A stretch of DNA of 58,277 bases from a virus. Positions 42,705 to 52,083 of the stretch are shown here, piece after piece (the stretch's first letter is position 1; every line of letters starts with the position of its first letter). The DNA lies in IMG/VR virus record IMGVR_UViG_3300045988_058281, positions 1-58,277 of that record; one strand, written 5' to 3'. The notes under the pieces are model-generated. The model was given only the letters and a program-made list of their open reading frames with translations, did no database searches and had not been told where the DNA came from. Both the position numbers and the translations under genes were made by a program.

Positions 42705-43420
42705 TCGAGCCCAAACTGCGCTTTAGCCGAAACCTTTCCGCCCTGGAAAGTAATATTGGCGTTAGCTCCCAAGCTACCCTCACCGTCCCAGTAGTAGACC
42801 GCAGTGTAGTATTCATCCCCCAAACCAACATCAACTTCAGATAGGACGGTCCCCCTGGAACCTACAATATCAAAAACTTCTTGATAGGACATTCCCGTCT
42901 GAATCGCCTCAAACTCCTCAAGGCTGATTGTGGGGGGATTGTCTGTAGCACTGGCATACTCGCCTCCAAAAGCGTCATATCCGATTTTCCCATTCATGAC
43001 AGTTAGGAGGTTGTTTTCCTCGGAATCAATGAAATATAGGATCGCCGTCTGGATGTCAAACTCTGCCATACTGGACTGAAGATCAGAGCAAGCCTGCTGC
43101 AAAGTTGATTGTATAGTAGCCCAATCCTCCGGCGCACTGTCAGACGCCGAATAGGGAGACATTATCTCAACCTCTATTTTCGTTCCGTTGATGGATGTAG
43201 AATAGATATCTTCCCCGGAGTAATAAGCAGAAAGGCAGTCAATGGCAGACTGTTCTGCCAAATCTTCTTCGGATGGAGCGCTTGTACTGCTAGAAGATGC
43301 TGATGCGGGAGTGGGCTCTTGAGAAACGTCAGGCGAAGAAACGGAGGATGTCCCGCCCCTTGGTGCGCAGGAAGTGAGAAGAGCAAGCACAGACACAATA
43401 CAAACTAGCTTGATTTTCAT
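42701..43420 (-). CDS. lipoprotein with DUF3862-like C-terminal domain
   Basis: Signal peptide plus lipobox MKIKLVCIVSVLALLTSC. C-terminus EEFEAIQTGMSYQEVFDIVG... Confidence 0.8.
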   Translation of the reverse strand: MKIKLVCIVSVLALLTSCAPRGGTSSVSSPDVSQEPTPASASSSSTSAPSEEDLAEQSAIDCLSAYYSGEDIYSTSINGTKIEVEIMSPYSASDSAPEDWATIQSTLQQACSDLQSSMAEFDIQTAILYFIDSEENNLLTVMNGKIGYDAFGGEYASATDNPPTISLEEFEAIQTGMSYQEVFDIVGSRGTVLSEVDVGLGDEYYTAVYYWDGEGSLGANANITFQGGKVSAKAQFGLE

Positions 43421-43516
43421 TTTTCTCTCTCCTAACATACAAAATGTCCAATTTTTTGGACTTTCTGGAAGGCACTAATGGAAAAAATCTGCACTAAAAT
43501 TTAGGTAAAATATGTA

Positions 43517-43545
43517 TTGCAAAACTAGAACACAAGTTCTATAAT
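43517..43545 (+). promoter_or_regulatory. consensus sigma-A promoter with an embedded LexA (Cheo) box
   Basis: TTGCAA (43517..43522), 17 nt, TATAAT (43540..43545). The spacer contains AGAACACAAGTTCT (43527..43540), which is GAAC-N4-GTTC. Confidence 0.7.
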
Positions 43546-43580
43546 TGAGCCATGCAAAAAAGATGACGGGAGGGCACTTC

Positions 43581-43715
43581 ATGGAACAAAAGAACGAGAA
43601 TGTAGATATACTCAAAAAAGAAATAGAACTTGTCCTAGATAGAAACAAAGATGAAAATTATTTAAAATCCCTGCTTACACGGGCCCTCATCCTTGAAAAG
43701 ATATATAAGAAGTGA
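43581..43715 (+). CDS. 44-aa SOS-controlled ORF (candidate antirepressor)
   Basis: MEQKNENVDILKKEIELVLDRNKDENYLKSLLTRALILEKIYKK. GGGAGGG RBS. Below the track size cut-off. Confidence 0.45.
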   Translation: MEQKNENVDILKKEIELVLDRNKDENYLKSLLTRALILEKIYKK

Positions 43716-43719
43716 TTAA

Positions 43720-43751
43720 AAGGCTCCGGGAAACCGGGGCCTTATTTTTTT
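43720..43751 (+). terminator. intrinsic terminator between convergent genes
   Basis: AAGGCTCCGG-GAAA-CCGGGGCCTT followed by ATTTTTTT. Overlaps the repressor stop codon. Confidence 0.75.
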
Positions 43752-44110
43752 GTAAAGCCGTCTATCAGTTTTCTGATGGCGGCTTTTTCTTCATCCTCCA
43801 TAAACCAATATGCCTTGATGATCCGCTTGATGAGCTCATCGTCTGACATATGAATCTGTTCCATAACCTCAAGGAACTCTTCATCCTCATCTCGCTGAAT
43901 ATGAGGTTCACCTTCTCCAGTTCGCAGCCATAGTTCGGAAATATTAAACTCACGGCAAATATCGGCAATAGTGCGGTCGCTGGGCATTTTTGCGCCAGAA
44001 CACAACTGAGAAATAAATGCTTGAGAAACATTTAGTTTTTCAGAAAATGCAGTTTTTGTGAGTTTGCTGTCCTTTACACACCACGCAATTCGATCATTGA
44101 TGGTCTCCAC
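43742..44110 (-). CDS. CI-like repressor (XRE-family HTH, no S24 peptidase domain)
   Basis: 122 aa. LTKTAFSEKLNVSQAFISQLCSGAKMPSDRTIADICREF. Divergent from the early operon. Confidence 0.85.
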   Translation of the reverse strand: METINDRIAWCVKDSKLTKTAFSEKLNVSQAFISQLCSGAKMPSDRTIADICREFNISELWLRTGEGEPHIQRDEDEEFLEVMEQIHMSDDELIKRIIKAYWFMEDEEKAAIRKLIDGFTKK

Positions 44111-44261
44111 TTTTTACACCTCCTGTCTGATACATATTAAATCACAAAGATAAAAAGAAGTCAAGAAAAAATTTAACTGAGTTATAAAAATGACTTGACA
44201 TTCTAGCTAAGTTATGTTATTTTATAACCGAGCTAGAAAACTAAGTGTAGGAGGTGAACCA

Positions 44262-44486
44262 ATGAGCATAAACCTTGATAGAGTGTCAGACGCCCAGACT
44301 GTGGCCGAGAAGTTGACCGGACTACCCAAAGAAGCCCTCCTTTATATCGCTGGATATGCGGAGGGGTGCCGGGACAAACCCACCCGGAAGCGAAGGAAAG
44401 CGGAGAAGACCAACGGAGAAAAAGAGGCCCACCTCCGACGGGGCGGGAATAAAGGAGGTGAAAAGGATGAACAATCAGCAGATTAA
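44262..44486 (+). CDS. first early-operon protein (hypothetical, basic C-terminus)
   Basis: ATG at 44262 follows TAGGAGGTGAA. 74 aa. Confidence 0.5.
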   Translation: MSINLDRVSDAQTVAEKLTGLPKEALLYIAGYAEGCRDKPTRKRRKAEKTNGEKEAHLRRGGNKGGEKDEQSAD

Positions 44487-44613
44487 AGAAACGCTCGAAA
44501 AGCAGTTGCAGCTACTTTCCGAGCGTTCAGAGAAATCAGCAGAGGATCGAGACCTCTATCAATTGACAAATGCGATGGTCAGTCTTTCAGCACTTCTTCT
44601 CTCTTTTGGCTAA
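44467..44613 (+). CDS. small hypothetical protein
   Basis: ATG at 44467 follows AAAGGAGGTGAAAAGG. 48 aa. Confidence 0.45.
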   Translation: MNNQQIKETLEKQLQLLSERSEKSAEDRDLYQLTNAMVSLSALLLSFG

Positions 44614-44782
44614 ACCAGTCTTCGTTCTTCTTTTGGTTCCGGTCTTTCAGTATCTGATAATAGGCATCAAGATACATTTCATAGATCTGAACGGGTGTTT
44701 TCCCAGTTAAATCTTGTGTTTGGACATAAAGATATGCGATTGCCTCAACAGGAGCACTGGGGAAAGTATTAAAGTCAGACAT
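44579..44782 (-). CDS. hypothetical protein (opposite strand within the early region)
   Basis: 67 aa. Strong AGGAGGGAGGTGAGAAA RBS and an extended -10 (TGaTAAAAT) upstream. Confidence 0.6.
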   Translation of the reverse strand: MSDFNTFPSAPVEAIAYLYVQTQDLTGKTPVQIYEMYLDAYYQILKDRNQKKNEDWFSQKREEVLKD

Positions 44783-44873
44783 TTTCTCACCTCCCTCCTA
44801 ACCACTTATATTTTATCACAGAAGGGGGAGGCGGACAACCAAAACGCCGCATCTGCGGCAGAAAGGAGACGTT

Positions 44874-45137
44874 ATGACGCTGGCAGAAATCAAAGCCATG
44901 AACAAAGATGTCCTTCTTCCATCAGAAGCCGCGGGCCCACTTGGTTGTGATCCACACTATATCCGAGTGGCGGCGAAGAAGAGGCCGGAGCTACTTGGGT
45001 TCCCTGTAACACTGATTGGGAACCGGGTAAAGATCCCTCGCCTTGCTTTCATCCAGTACATGGAGGGGACCTTGGAAAATGAGGATGCCCCCGCCCGTGG
45101 TGGCACACGGGAGAGGGCAAGAACCGATGACCAGTGA
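44874..45137 (+). CDS. excisionase-family (HTH_17-like) DNA-binding protein
   Basis: 87 aa. LLPSEAAGPLGCDPHYIRVAAKK...RVKIPRLAFIQYM. Confidence 0.55.
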   Translation: MTLAEIKAMNKDVLLPSEAAGPLGCDPHYIRVAAKKRPELLGFPVTLIGNRVKIPRLAFIQYMEGTLENEDAPARGGTRERARTDDQ

Positions 45138-45194
45138 AATCATCCTGTCCCTTGTATTGTAACACGAGGGCGGGAGGAATACAAGGAGGATCAC

Positions 45195-45542
45195 ATGACA
45201 ATAGATGAAAAGGTAGAGGCGTATAGAATGTATCTTGAAGGCGCTTCGTGCGATGAAATCGGGAAGCATTTCGGAGTTTCCAGACAATGTATTCGACAAC
45301 ATCTTCCGGAACCAAAAATAAGCCGTATAGAAATGAGCGCAAATTCTTGCGTTTATAAGGGCGTTTCAAAATGGATGTTAGAAAATAAAATTTCTTGTTC
45401 AAAATTGGCCCGTTATTCAGGCGTTTCTGTTGCCTGCCTTTACAGATTTTTAACTGGGAAAGGTACGGCTAATAAGACCACAATAGATAAACTTTTGAAT
45501 GTCACCAAAATGAGTTACGAAGAGGCATTTTCGGCCAAATAA
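45195..45542 (+). CDS. HTH DNA-binding protein (two HTH-like segments)
   Basis: 115 aa. ASCDEIGKHFGVSRQCIRQHL and CSKLARYSGVSVACLYRFL. Confidence 0.55.
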   Translation: MTIDEKVEAYRMYLEGASCDEIGKHFGVSRQCIRQHLPEPKISRIEMSANSCVYKGVSKWMLENKISCSKLARYSGVSVACLYRFLTGKGTANKTTIDKLLNVTKMSYEEAFSAK

Positions 45543-45666
45543 AAGCGCCCCGGCCAGCGAACCACCGCCGACCAGGGCTGGCAAACCTGATTGAAAGCGG
45601 CAGTCAGGCTTGATAGAACAAATGTACCATGTTCTTTCGAGCCTGTCAAGAGGAAGGAGAAAGAAT

Positions 45667-45813
45667 ATGGATGAGAAAAGTACAATAAAAGACCTTGAGC
45701 GTCAGGCCAGCAACACTAAGCTTCTGATGGACCGCTTGACCCGGGCGGCCTATGGCATGACGTTTGATGAGCTGATCCGGTATATGGGGAGGCGTGACGA
45801 TGACGCCGAATGA
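45667..45813 (+). CDS. small hypothetical protein
   Basis: ATG at 45667 follows GGAAGGAGAAAG. 48 aa. Confidence 0.45.
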   Translation: MDEKSTIKDLERQASNTKLLMDRLTRAAYGMTFDELIRYMGRRDDDAE

Positions 45814-45994
45814 GGCTATCCGCCGGATCACCCAGCGAGCTATGGAGCGGCACCGGCTCTCACAAATGGGCCTTGCCCATGAGATCGGATGCGGCGAAGG
45901 CTCTATTGCAAAGATCTTGGACGAGCAGGAGGTTCGTCTCACTCAGGAGCAGTGGTTTTATTTGATGACATTGGGAGGGAAACAGCTTGCGTGA
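45800..45994 (+). CDS. small HTH-like protein
   Basis: ATG at 45800 lies 7 nt after GGAGG. LSQMGLAHEIGCGEGSIAKIL. Confidence 0.5.
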   Translation: MTPNEAIRRITQRAMERHRLSQMGLAHEIGCGEGSIAKILDEQEVRLTQEQWFYLMTLGGKQLA

Positions 45995-46078
45995 TTGGAT
46001 GCTCGTGGGCGCATACGCCTGCATTATTGTAGCAATGGCGCTGATAATTTGGGACATATGGGACAGGAGAAAGAAGAA

Positions 46079-46678
46079 ATGAAGAAATATGAGCTTACCT
46101 CTGAGACGAAAAACGTTTTTGGACACATCTTATATCGCATCAAGGCGCTTTCCTCGTTTGGCTGTGTTTCCGCTGGAGATTTAGGAGGTTTTTTGGAAAG
46201 CGAGAAAAACCTAAGCCAAAATGGCGACGCCTGGGTGTACGGCAATGCCGAGGTGTACGGCGACGCCTGGGTGTACGGCAATGCCAGGGTGTACGGCAAT
46301 GCCGAGGTGTACGGCGACGCCTGGGTGTACGGCGACGCCAGGGTGTACGGCGACGCCTGGGTGTCCGGCAACGCCGAGGTGTACGGCGACGCCAGGGTGT
46401 ACGGCGACGCCAGGGTGTACGGCAATGCCGAGGTGTCAGAAATCGGCGCTATATTTTGGATCGGGGCTATTGGATCTCGAAACGATACGGCAACATTTTT
46501 TCGTTGCAGGGATGGATCTATTAAAGTCGTTTGCGGCTGCTTCTTTGGAAATCTTGATGAGTTTGCGAAGAAGGTCCGTAAGACTCATGGGGATAACGAC
46601 CATGCAAAGGTCTATATGCTGGCTATTGAGATGGCAAAGATCCGCATCGGCGATAAAAAGGAGAAAACAGAAGAATGA
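46079..46678 (+). CDS. hexapeptide-repeat (beta-helix-like) protein
   Basis: 199 aa with 12 consecutive G[DN]A[WER]VY units followed by a globular C-terminal domain. Confidence 0.7.
   Translation: MKKYELTSETKNVFGHILYRIKALSSFGCVSAGDLGGFLESEKNLSQNGDAWVYGNAEVYGDAWVYGNARVYGNAEVYGDAWVYGDARVYGDAWVSGNAEVYGDARVYGDARVYGNAEVSEIGAIFWIGAIGSRNDTATFFRCRDGSIKVVCGCFFGNLDEFAKKVRKTHGDNDHAKVYMLAIEMAKIRIGDKKEKTEE
46223..46438 (+). repeat. 12 x 18-bp in-frame tandem repeat
   Basis: GGCGACGCCTGGGTGTAC / GGCAATGCCGAGGTGTAC variants, head to tail. Confidence 0.9.
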
Positions 46679-46797
46679 GAACACGAGAAGAGCGCCGCCA
46701 GAGGGTCCGAGAGGTCCGGTGGATGATCGGAGTAGGAGCAATACTCTGCTTGACCTTCTGGGGCGGTATGGCATTTGCTTTTTGGGTCATGGGGTGA
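46675..46797 (+). CDS. 40-aa membrane peptide
   Basis: ATGA overlap with the upstream stop. MRTREERRQRVREVRWMIGVGAILCLTFWGGMAFAFWVMG. Confidence 0.4.
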   Translation: MRTREERRQRVREVRWMIGVGAILCLTFWGGMAFAFWVMG

Positions 46798-46801
46798 TGA
46801 A

Positions 46802-46957
46802 ATGGAGAACATCGAACATCCAGACATCACCGCTGCCATGCGGACGGGGTATCCATCGTGGGACAATCCCTATTTGATGGCGAAGTGTGATGAACTGTTA
46901 GATTACATTGAAGATGAGAAGTGGGGAGACAGAATCCCTGGAGGTTGGAATGGATAA
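46802..46957 (+). CDS. small hypothetical protein
   Basis: 51 aa starting at MENIEHPD. Confidence 0.4.
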   Translation: MENIEHPDITAAMRTGYPSWDNPYLMAKCDELLDYIEDEKWGDRIPGGWNG

Positions 46958-47141
46958 GAAAATTATTTTGACCGTCCACCGACCAGAGCCGTCTTTCTGT
47001 GGTGTGGTCAAGCTAGACAGACAGGCGGAAGCGCTGGTAAAACAGCTTCAACGTGAAACTGGAATGACAGCAAAATACATTGTTTCTCAGATTATAATCC
47101 AGGGGTTTGACTTGGTAGAAATCAAGGAGGATAAAGAGTAA
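46950..47141 (+). CDS. small hypothetical protein
   Basis: ATG at 46950 follows GGAGGTTGGA. 63 aa. Confidence 0.5.
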   Translation: MDKKIILTVHRPEPSFCGVVKLDRQAEALVKQLQRETGMTAKYIVSQIIIQGFDLVEIKEDKE

Positions 47142-48070
47142 TGATTGTAAAACCTGAAAACATGGATTTTTCCAACAAGAACATCATCATGATTATCAGC
47201 GGGTTGCCTGGAGTCGGCAAAACTACGCTGTCCCTATCCGCACCGGATGTGGTTCTGGTAGATGCTGATGAAGGTATGGCCCGTGTCAAGCCAGAGCATC
47301 GAAAGGACAGTTCTATGGTCAAGACCTACGAGGAGTTGCTGGATGACATCAGGAGTTTTGAAGGGCACTACAAGACGGTAGTCATCGATACCTGTGGGGC
47401 ACTCATCGACTTGATGAAAGACTGGGCCATGAGAAATGAACCCTCTGCCAGTAAGAAATCTGGAGGATTTTCCCAACAGGGTTATGGCTTTGTAAAGACT
47501 GAGTTCCTGCGTCTCTCCGCCGATCTTCGTAAAAAGTTCAATGTTATATTCCTCTTTCACGCCGCCAAGGATCGGCAAGGAGACGATATCTTCTATGACA
47601 TCGTATGCGAAGGCTCTGCCAAGACATTGGTCTGGCAGCCCGCCGACCTGGGTGCTTACCTCCATATCGTCAACGGGGAGAGATATCTGGGGTTCACCCC
47701 CACCATGAACTATAACGCCAAGGCAGCCTATGGTATCAAGGGGCTTATCAAGGTCCCAGAGTTGAAGGATGGAGAGCCCAATGACTTCTTGACTCGTTTG
47801 TTCTTCCAGGTCAAAGCGAATATTGCAGCTGAAAAGGCGGCTCTTCAGCCCCAGCAGGAACAGTATGAGGAGACGATGGCGGCCGGCCGGCTCGCCATAG
47901 AGGCGATTGAAAAGCCGGAAGATGTGAGCGAAGCCATGAGTGCTATCAAGGGCTTGACCCATGCATTGACCAGCGAACGGGAACTAAAAGCGGCCCTTTT
48001 TGAGCGGCTGAAAGCACTTGGGATCGTTTACAGCAAGGAGAGCAAAACCTATGAGTGGGCAAAGCAATAA
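47141..48070 (+). CDS. AAA_24/Sak4-like RecA-fold ATPase
   Basis: Walker A is ISGLPGVGKTT. VVIDT is Walker B-like. Genomic context includes an SSB-like protein and a nuclease. Confidence 0.8.
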   Translation: MIVKPENMDFSNKNIIMIISGLPGVGKTTLSLSAPDVVLVDADEGMARVKPEHRKDSSMVKTYEELLDDIRSFEGHYKTVVIDTCGALIDLMKDWAMRNEPSASKKSGGFSQQGYGFVKTEFLRLSADLRKKFNVIFLFHAAKDRQGDDIFYDIVCEGSAKTLVWQPADLGAYLHIVNGERYLGFTPTMNYNAKAAYGIKGLIKVPELKDGEPNDFLTRLFFQVKANIAAEKAALQPQQEQYEETMAAGRLAIEAIEKPEDVSEAMSAIKGLTHALTSERELKAALFERLKALGIVYSKESKTYEWAKQ

Positions 48071-48653
48071 GTTCCTGCTGACGCAGAGCTTGTTGTCCTC
48101 ATGGCAATATGCAATCAAGGGCGGGGGGATGGATGAATTTTTATCCACTCTCCGCCGGGAGAAAAAGCCCCAATCAAAGGCCATGCTGGACGGCATACGC
48201 TTTGAAAACATGGTCCACGCAGTTAGTGAAGGGGCTGAAATCGGACCGGAGCAGGAGTGGTACAAGCCGGTGCTGGAAATCTGCCAAATTATCGCCCAGG
48301 GTCAGTATCAAGTTAAGGCATCCCGCCCGCTGGTAGTGGACGGCGTAGAGTTTATCTGTTACGGAATCCTAGACTTTTTGAAGGCTGGGGTCATTTATGA
48401 TACCAAGTTTAGCCGGACATACCATGTGGGGAAATATCTTGACAGTCCACAGCACCCTATGTATTTCTACCTCTGCCCGGAGGTCCAGCGCTTTGAGTAC
48501 ATTATCAGCGATGGGAACTATATATACCGGGAGGCGTACAGCCCGGAAGATACGGTCCCTATTGAAAACACTGTCCGGCAGTTTATGCGTTGGATGGATA
48601 AGACAAGTCTGGTGGACCTGTACTGCCAGAACTGGAGGAGCAGATATGCCTAA
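48051..48653 (+). CDS. PD-(D/E)xK (Cas4/RecB-like) nuclease
   Basis: 200 aa. GILDFLK...IYDTKF motif. Confidence 0.6.
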   Translation: MSGQSNKFLLTQSLLSSWQYAIKGGGMDEFLSTLRREKKPQSKAMLDGIRFENMVHAVSEGAEIGPEQEWYKPVLEICQIIAQGQYQVKASRPLVVDGVEFICYGILDFLKAGVIYDTKFSRTYHVGKYLDSPQHPMYFYLCPEVQRFEYIISDGNYIYREAYSPEDTVPIENTVRQFMRWMDKTSLVDLYCQNWRSRYA

Positions 48654-48745
48654 ATTCATCATTCATTTCATCAAGAGCCGCAAAACATGTAAAGGGCTTT
48701 GTGTTATCTGTAAACATTATAAGAAGTGCAAGGAGGACTTGAGAT

Positions 48746-49183
48746 ATGAGTAACTGGGACAGCTATCAGCGTGAGGAGCGCACCCGTCTAACGCCCGGGG
48801 ATTACCGGGTTGAGATCGTCAGCGTAGATGAAAAAGAGAGCAAAGCCGGAAACCCCATGCTGGTGATTGGGATTCGGCCCAATGGAAGCAGCATTACGAT
48901 CAACCATTATATCGTGCAAGGGAATGAATGGACTAATAGGAATCTGACGGAGTTTTTTGACTCCTTTAATATCGATGATGGAGACTTCACCTTGCCTACC
49001 TGGATCGGGGCTGTTGGAGCTGCCCGGCTAAAAGAGGACGATAAGGGGTATCTGAAAGTTCAGTATTTCATCAGCAAAGACCGTGCAGAAAAGCTCCCTC
49101 CTTGGGACGGGAAACTGCCAGAGCGGCAAGAACTGACCAGACTGTCCGATCTTGAAGATGAATCCGAACTGCCGTGGAACTGA
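48746..49183 (+). CDS. DUF669-like single-strand DNA-binding protein
   Basis: LTPGDYRVEIVSVDEKESKAGNPML pattern and an acidic tail DLEDESELPWN. Confidence 0.65.
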   Translation: MSNWDSYQREERTRLTPGDYRVEIVSVDEKESKAGNPMLVIGIRPNGSSITINHYIVQGNEWTNRNLTEFFDSFNIDDGDFTLPTWIGAVGAARLKEDDKGYLKVQYFISKDRAEKLPPWDGKLPERQELTRLSDLEDESELPWN

Positions 49184-49192
49184 GGTGGTTCA

Positions 49193-49702
49193 ATGATGAC
49201 CCACTACACAGACGCGGAGATCAAGCAAAAGCTGAAAGAGCTGGTAGTTATTACTGACAGCCGGGAACAGGTTCACCAGCACATTATTTCTTGGCTAGAC
49301 AAGCACAACATCCAGCACAAGAGCCGGGCTTTGGAGACCGGAGACTACTCCGTTATGCTGGGTGACACTACTTTTGAGGACGAGGTTGTGGTGGAGCGCA
49401 AGGCTAACCTGGACGAGATTGCGGGGAACTTTACATCAGGCCGTGAGAGGTTCGAGCGGGAAATGATCCGGGCAAAGGCCGGAGGCATCAAGATCTTTCT
49501 GATCGTGGAGAACGCCTCCTGGACTGACATCTTCTTGCATAATTATCGGTCAGATCTAAAACCGCAGAGTTTCGCCGCTACGCTCCTGTCCTGGCAGGCC
49601 CGGTTCAACCTGACAATCACTTTCTGCAAGCCCTCTGAGACAGCTCAAATCCTTTACAGTACCCTCTATTACTGGGTCAGAGATCGTTTGAAGCGGGGGT
49701 GA
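49193..49702 (+). CDS. ERCC4/Mus81-type structure-specific nuclease
   Basis: ITDSREQ...LETGDY...VVERKANLDEI...RERFEREM motifs. Confidence 0.7.
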   Translation: MMTHYTDAEIKQKLKELVVITDSREQVHQHIISWLDKHNIQHKSRALETGDYSVMLGDTTFEDEVVVERKANLDEIAGNFTSGRERFEREMIRAKAGGIKIFLIVENASWTDIFLHNYRSDLKPQSFAATLLSWQARFNLTITFCKPSETAQILYSTLYYWVRDRLKRG

Positions 49703-49706
49703 GGGT

Positions 49707-50279
49707 ATGGACATGGCCTCTGATATCCGCAGCATGCTTACCGCCCAGCAGGTGGCGGAGCACTATGGGTTTGAGGTCAACCGCTCTGGCTTTATGAAGT
49801 GCCCCTTCCACACAGGGGACCGCACCGCCAGTCTGAAACTGTACGATGGAGAGAGCGGATTTCATTGCTTTGGCTGCGGAGCACACGGCTCCATCATTGA
49901 CTTCGTAATGCGCCTCTTTGACCTGAATTTCCGTCAGGCGGTGCTCCGGATCAACGCAGACTTTCACCTGGGCCTTACCTCCAGTAAGCCGGACCGTGCA
50001 GCCCGTTCAGCGGCCCTGGAGGCCCGGCGGGAGGAAAGGCGCAAAAAGGATCAGGCTGACGAGAACTTTCGCTACATGGCCTATGAACTGCACTACTGGA
50101 AGGATGTTCTGGAGATTTTCCCACCAGTCCGTCAAGGCGATGATGCTTACTATCATCCATTATATGTCGAGGCCGTCAAGCGCCTCCCGTATATCGAATA
50201 CTGGCTTGACGACTTTATTGAGAAGGGAGGCAAGGAGCATTGGATGAAGTGCCCGCTTATACCCGCGATGACTATTTGA
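49707..50279 (+). CDS. CHC2 zinc-finger (DnaG-type) protein
   Basis: MKCPFHTGDRTASLKLY...FHCFGCGAHGSIIDFV. Confidence 0.8.
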   Translation: MDMASDIRSMLTAQQVAEHYGFEVNRSGFMKCPFHTGDRTASLKLYDGESGFHCFGCGAHGSIIDFVMRLFDLNFRQAVLRINADFHLGLTSSKPDRAARSAALEARREERRKKDQADENFRYMAYELHYWKDVLEIFPPVRQGDDAYYHPLYVEAVKRLPYIEYWLDDFIEKGGKEHWMKCPLIPAMTI

Positions 50280-52081
50280 CGACCACCAAGCCGTTTGAAT
50301 ATTTATACGCACACAAAGAAAATAAATTTGAGATGAAACAGCTCTTGGGCCGCATGTCCGCTCAGGCACAGACTGTTGGCATTCGCAATCTGGCCGCGCT
50401 GTTCAAGGCATACATGGAAACCGTCAGCGGTACAGTCACCCCAGGATACAACAAAACGGACTTTTCCGGTCAGGAAATGGAACTGGACTGCGGCGGGTGG
50501 TCAGCCTCGGACACCGGCATTTACGGCACCGACAAAATGGGCTTCGAGGTGGTGGCCTGCTATCACCCCATCATGCCGGTTCAGCGTCTTGTGAACATTG
50601 ACACAGGTATCCACAAGGTTAAGCTAGCGTTCAGCCTGGGCCGCCGGTGGGGAAGTGTGATTGAAGATAGGAACGTGATTTCTGATAGCCGATCCATCAT
50701 CGGCCTTTCTAAGTACGGAATTATGGTCAACAGCGAGACGAGTAAGCCGTTGGTTCGATATCTGGCCGACGTGGAACAGCTTAATTACGAACAAATCCCA
50801 GAGGTTTCCAGTGTTGGCCGGCTGGGATGGATCGATGACTATGGTTTTTCCCCTTACGTTGAAGACTTAGTTTTTGATGGAGAGGAGGAGTACCGGACCC
50901 GGTTTGAGAGCATCCAGGAGCACGGGAGACGTGACGTGTGGCTGGATATTGTCAAGGCGGTGCGTTCCGGAAAGACGCCGGGAAACGTGATTGCTCGGAT
51001 CGTACTGGCTGCCTCTTTCGCCTCCGTTTTAGTAAAGCCTTGCAACTGCCTCCCATTTTTTGTCCACCTATGGGGCGGTACGGAAACGGGCAAGACCGTT
51101 GGTTTGTTATTGGCGGCCAGTGTATGGGCAGACCCGGAAGTCGGAAAGTACATCCAGACATTCAACGCAACAGAGGTTGGCAAAGAACTTGGGGCCGCTT
51201 TCTGCAACTCCATCCCGCTTATCATCGATGAACTGCAACTAATCAAGGACAACCGAAAAGACTTCGACCGGATGATTTACCAGTTGTCTGAAGGCGTGGG
51301 ACGTGCCAGGGGACGGAAACAGGGTGGACTTCAGAAAACCCCGACTTGGCGCAACTGCATCATCACAACAGGTGAGTTCCCTATCATATCTCCCAACAGT
51401 GGAGCAGGGGCGGTGAACCGGACCATTGAGATCGATTGCCATGCAGAGCACTTGTTTGATGATCCTAAGCTGGTTGCGACCACACTTTACAGCAACTATG
51501 GATTTGCTGGAAAAGAGTTTGTGTCGTGGCTTATGGAGGATGGAGCTTTTGAGCGTGTACAAGCCCTTCAAAACGATATGCAGGAGCATCTTAAAACTGG
51601 AGACACGATGGACAAGCAGACGGCCTCCGCAGCTCTCATTTTGGCGGCTGACAGACTTACCGAGGAATTGATTTTCCAGGATGGCATTCTGCTCCGTCCA
51701 GAGGATATACAACCATATCTCGTTTCCAAAGAGACAGTCAACCAGAATGGGAGAGCCCTTCAATACCTCTATGATTTTATCAATATCAATCAATCCCGGT
51801 TCAGCCAGGACGCAGACCGGCAGGGCGAGGTATGGGGCAGCATTGATGATGATTATGTCTATATTATTCGGTCTAAATTCGATCAGATTATGTCTGAAGA
51901 AGGATACAATGCCTCCGCATTTCTAGGATGGGCGAGAAACACGGGTAACATCAAAGTCGGGAAGGACGGAAAGCCAACCATCGTAAAAAAGATAAATGGA
52001 CACTCATGTCGCCTTGTTGCTATCAAATTGAATGAAAATGACAACATTTTTGAAGAATATAGCGATGAACTGCTTCCTTGA
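50240..52081 (+). CDS. replicative primase-associated/helicase protein (DUF927-like, P-loop)
   Basis: 613 aa. Walker A is WGGTETGKT. The IIDELQ segment is Walker B-like. Start is TTG at 50240, which is uncertain. Confidence 0.7.
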   Translation: MDEVPAYTRDDYLTTTKPFEYLYAHKENKFEMKQLLGRMSAQAQTVGIRNLAALFKAYMETVSGTVTPGYNKTDFSGQEMELDCGGWSASDTGIYGTDKMGFEVVACYHPIMPVQRLVNIDTGIHKVKLAFSLGRRWGSVIEDRNVISDSRSIIGLSKYGIMVNSETSKPLVRYLADVEQLNYEQIPEVSSVGRLGWIDDYGFSPYVEDLVFDGEEEYRTRFESIQEHGRRDVWLDIVKAVRSGKTPGNVIARIVLAASFASVLVKPCNCLPFFVHLWGGTETGKTVGLLLAASVWADPEVGKYIQTFNATEVGKELGAAFCNSIPLIIDELQLIKDNRKDFDRMIYQLSEGVGRARGRKQGGLQKTPTWRNCIITTGEFPIISPNSGAGAVNRTIEIDCHAEHLFDDPKLVATTLYSNYGFAGKEFVSWLMEDGAFERVQALQNDMQEHLKTGDTMDKQTASAALILAADRLTEELIFQDGILLRPEDIQPYLVSKETVNQNGRALQYLYDFININQSRFSQDADRQGEVWGSIDDDYVYIIRSKFDQIMSEEGYNASAFLGWARNTGNIKVGKDGKPTIVKKINGHSCRLVAIKLNENDNIFEEYSDELLP

Positions 52082-52083
52082 AA

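Noticed and set aside
45620-45650. AGAACA-N9-TGTTCT inverted repeat upstream of 45667 as a second LexA box
   Set aside because: The spacing (GAAC-N12-GTTC) does not fit the GAAC-N4-GTTC LexA consensus. It may be another operator, but I have no support for that.
46223-46438. Regular 18-bp repeats that could be mistaken for a CRISPR array
   Set aside because: The units are contiguous with no spacers, lie in frame within a protein-coding gene, and no cas genes are present.
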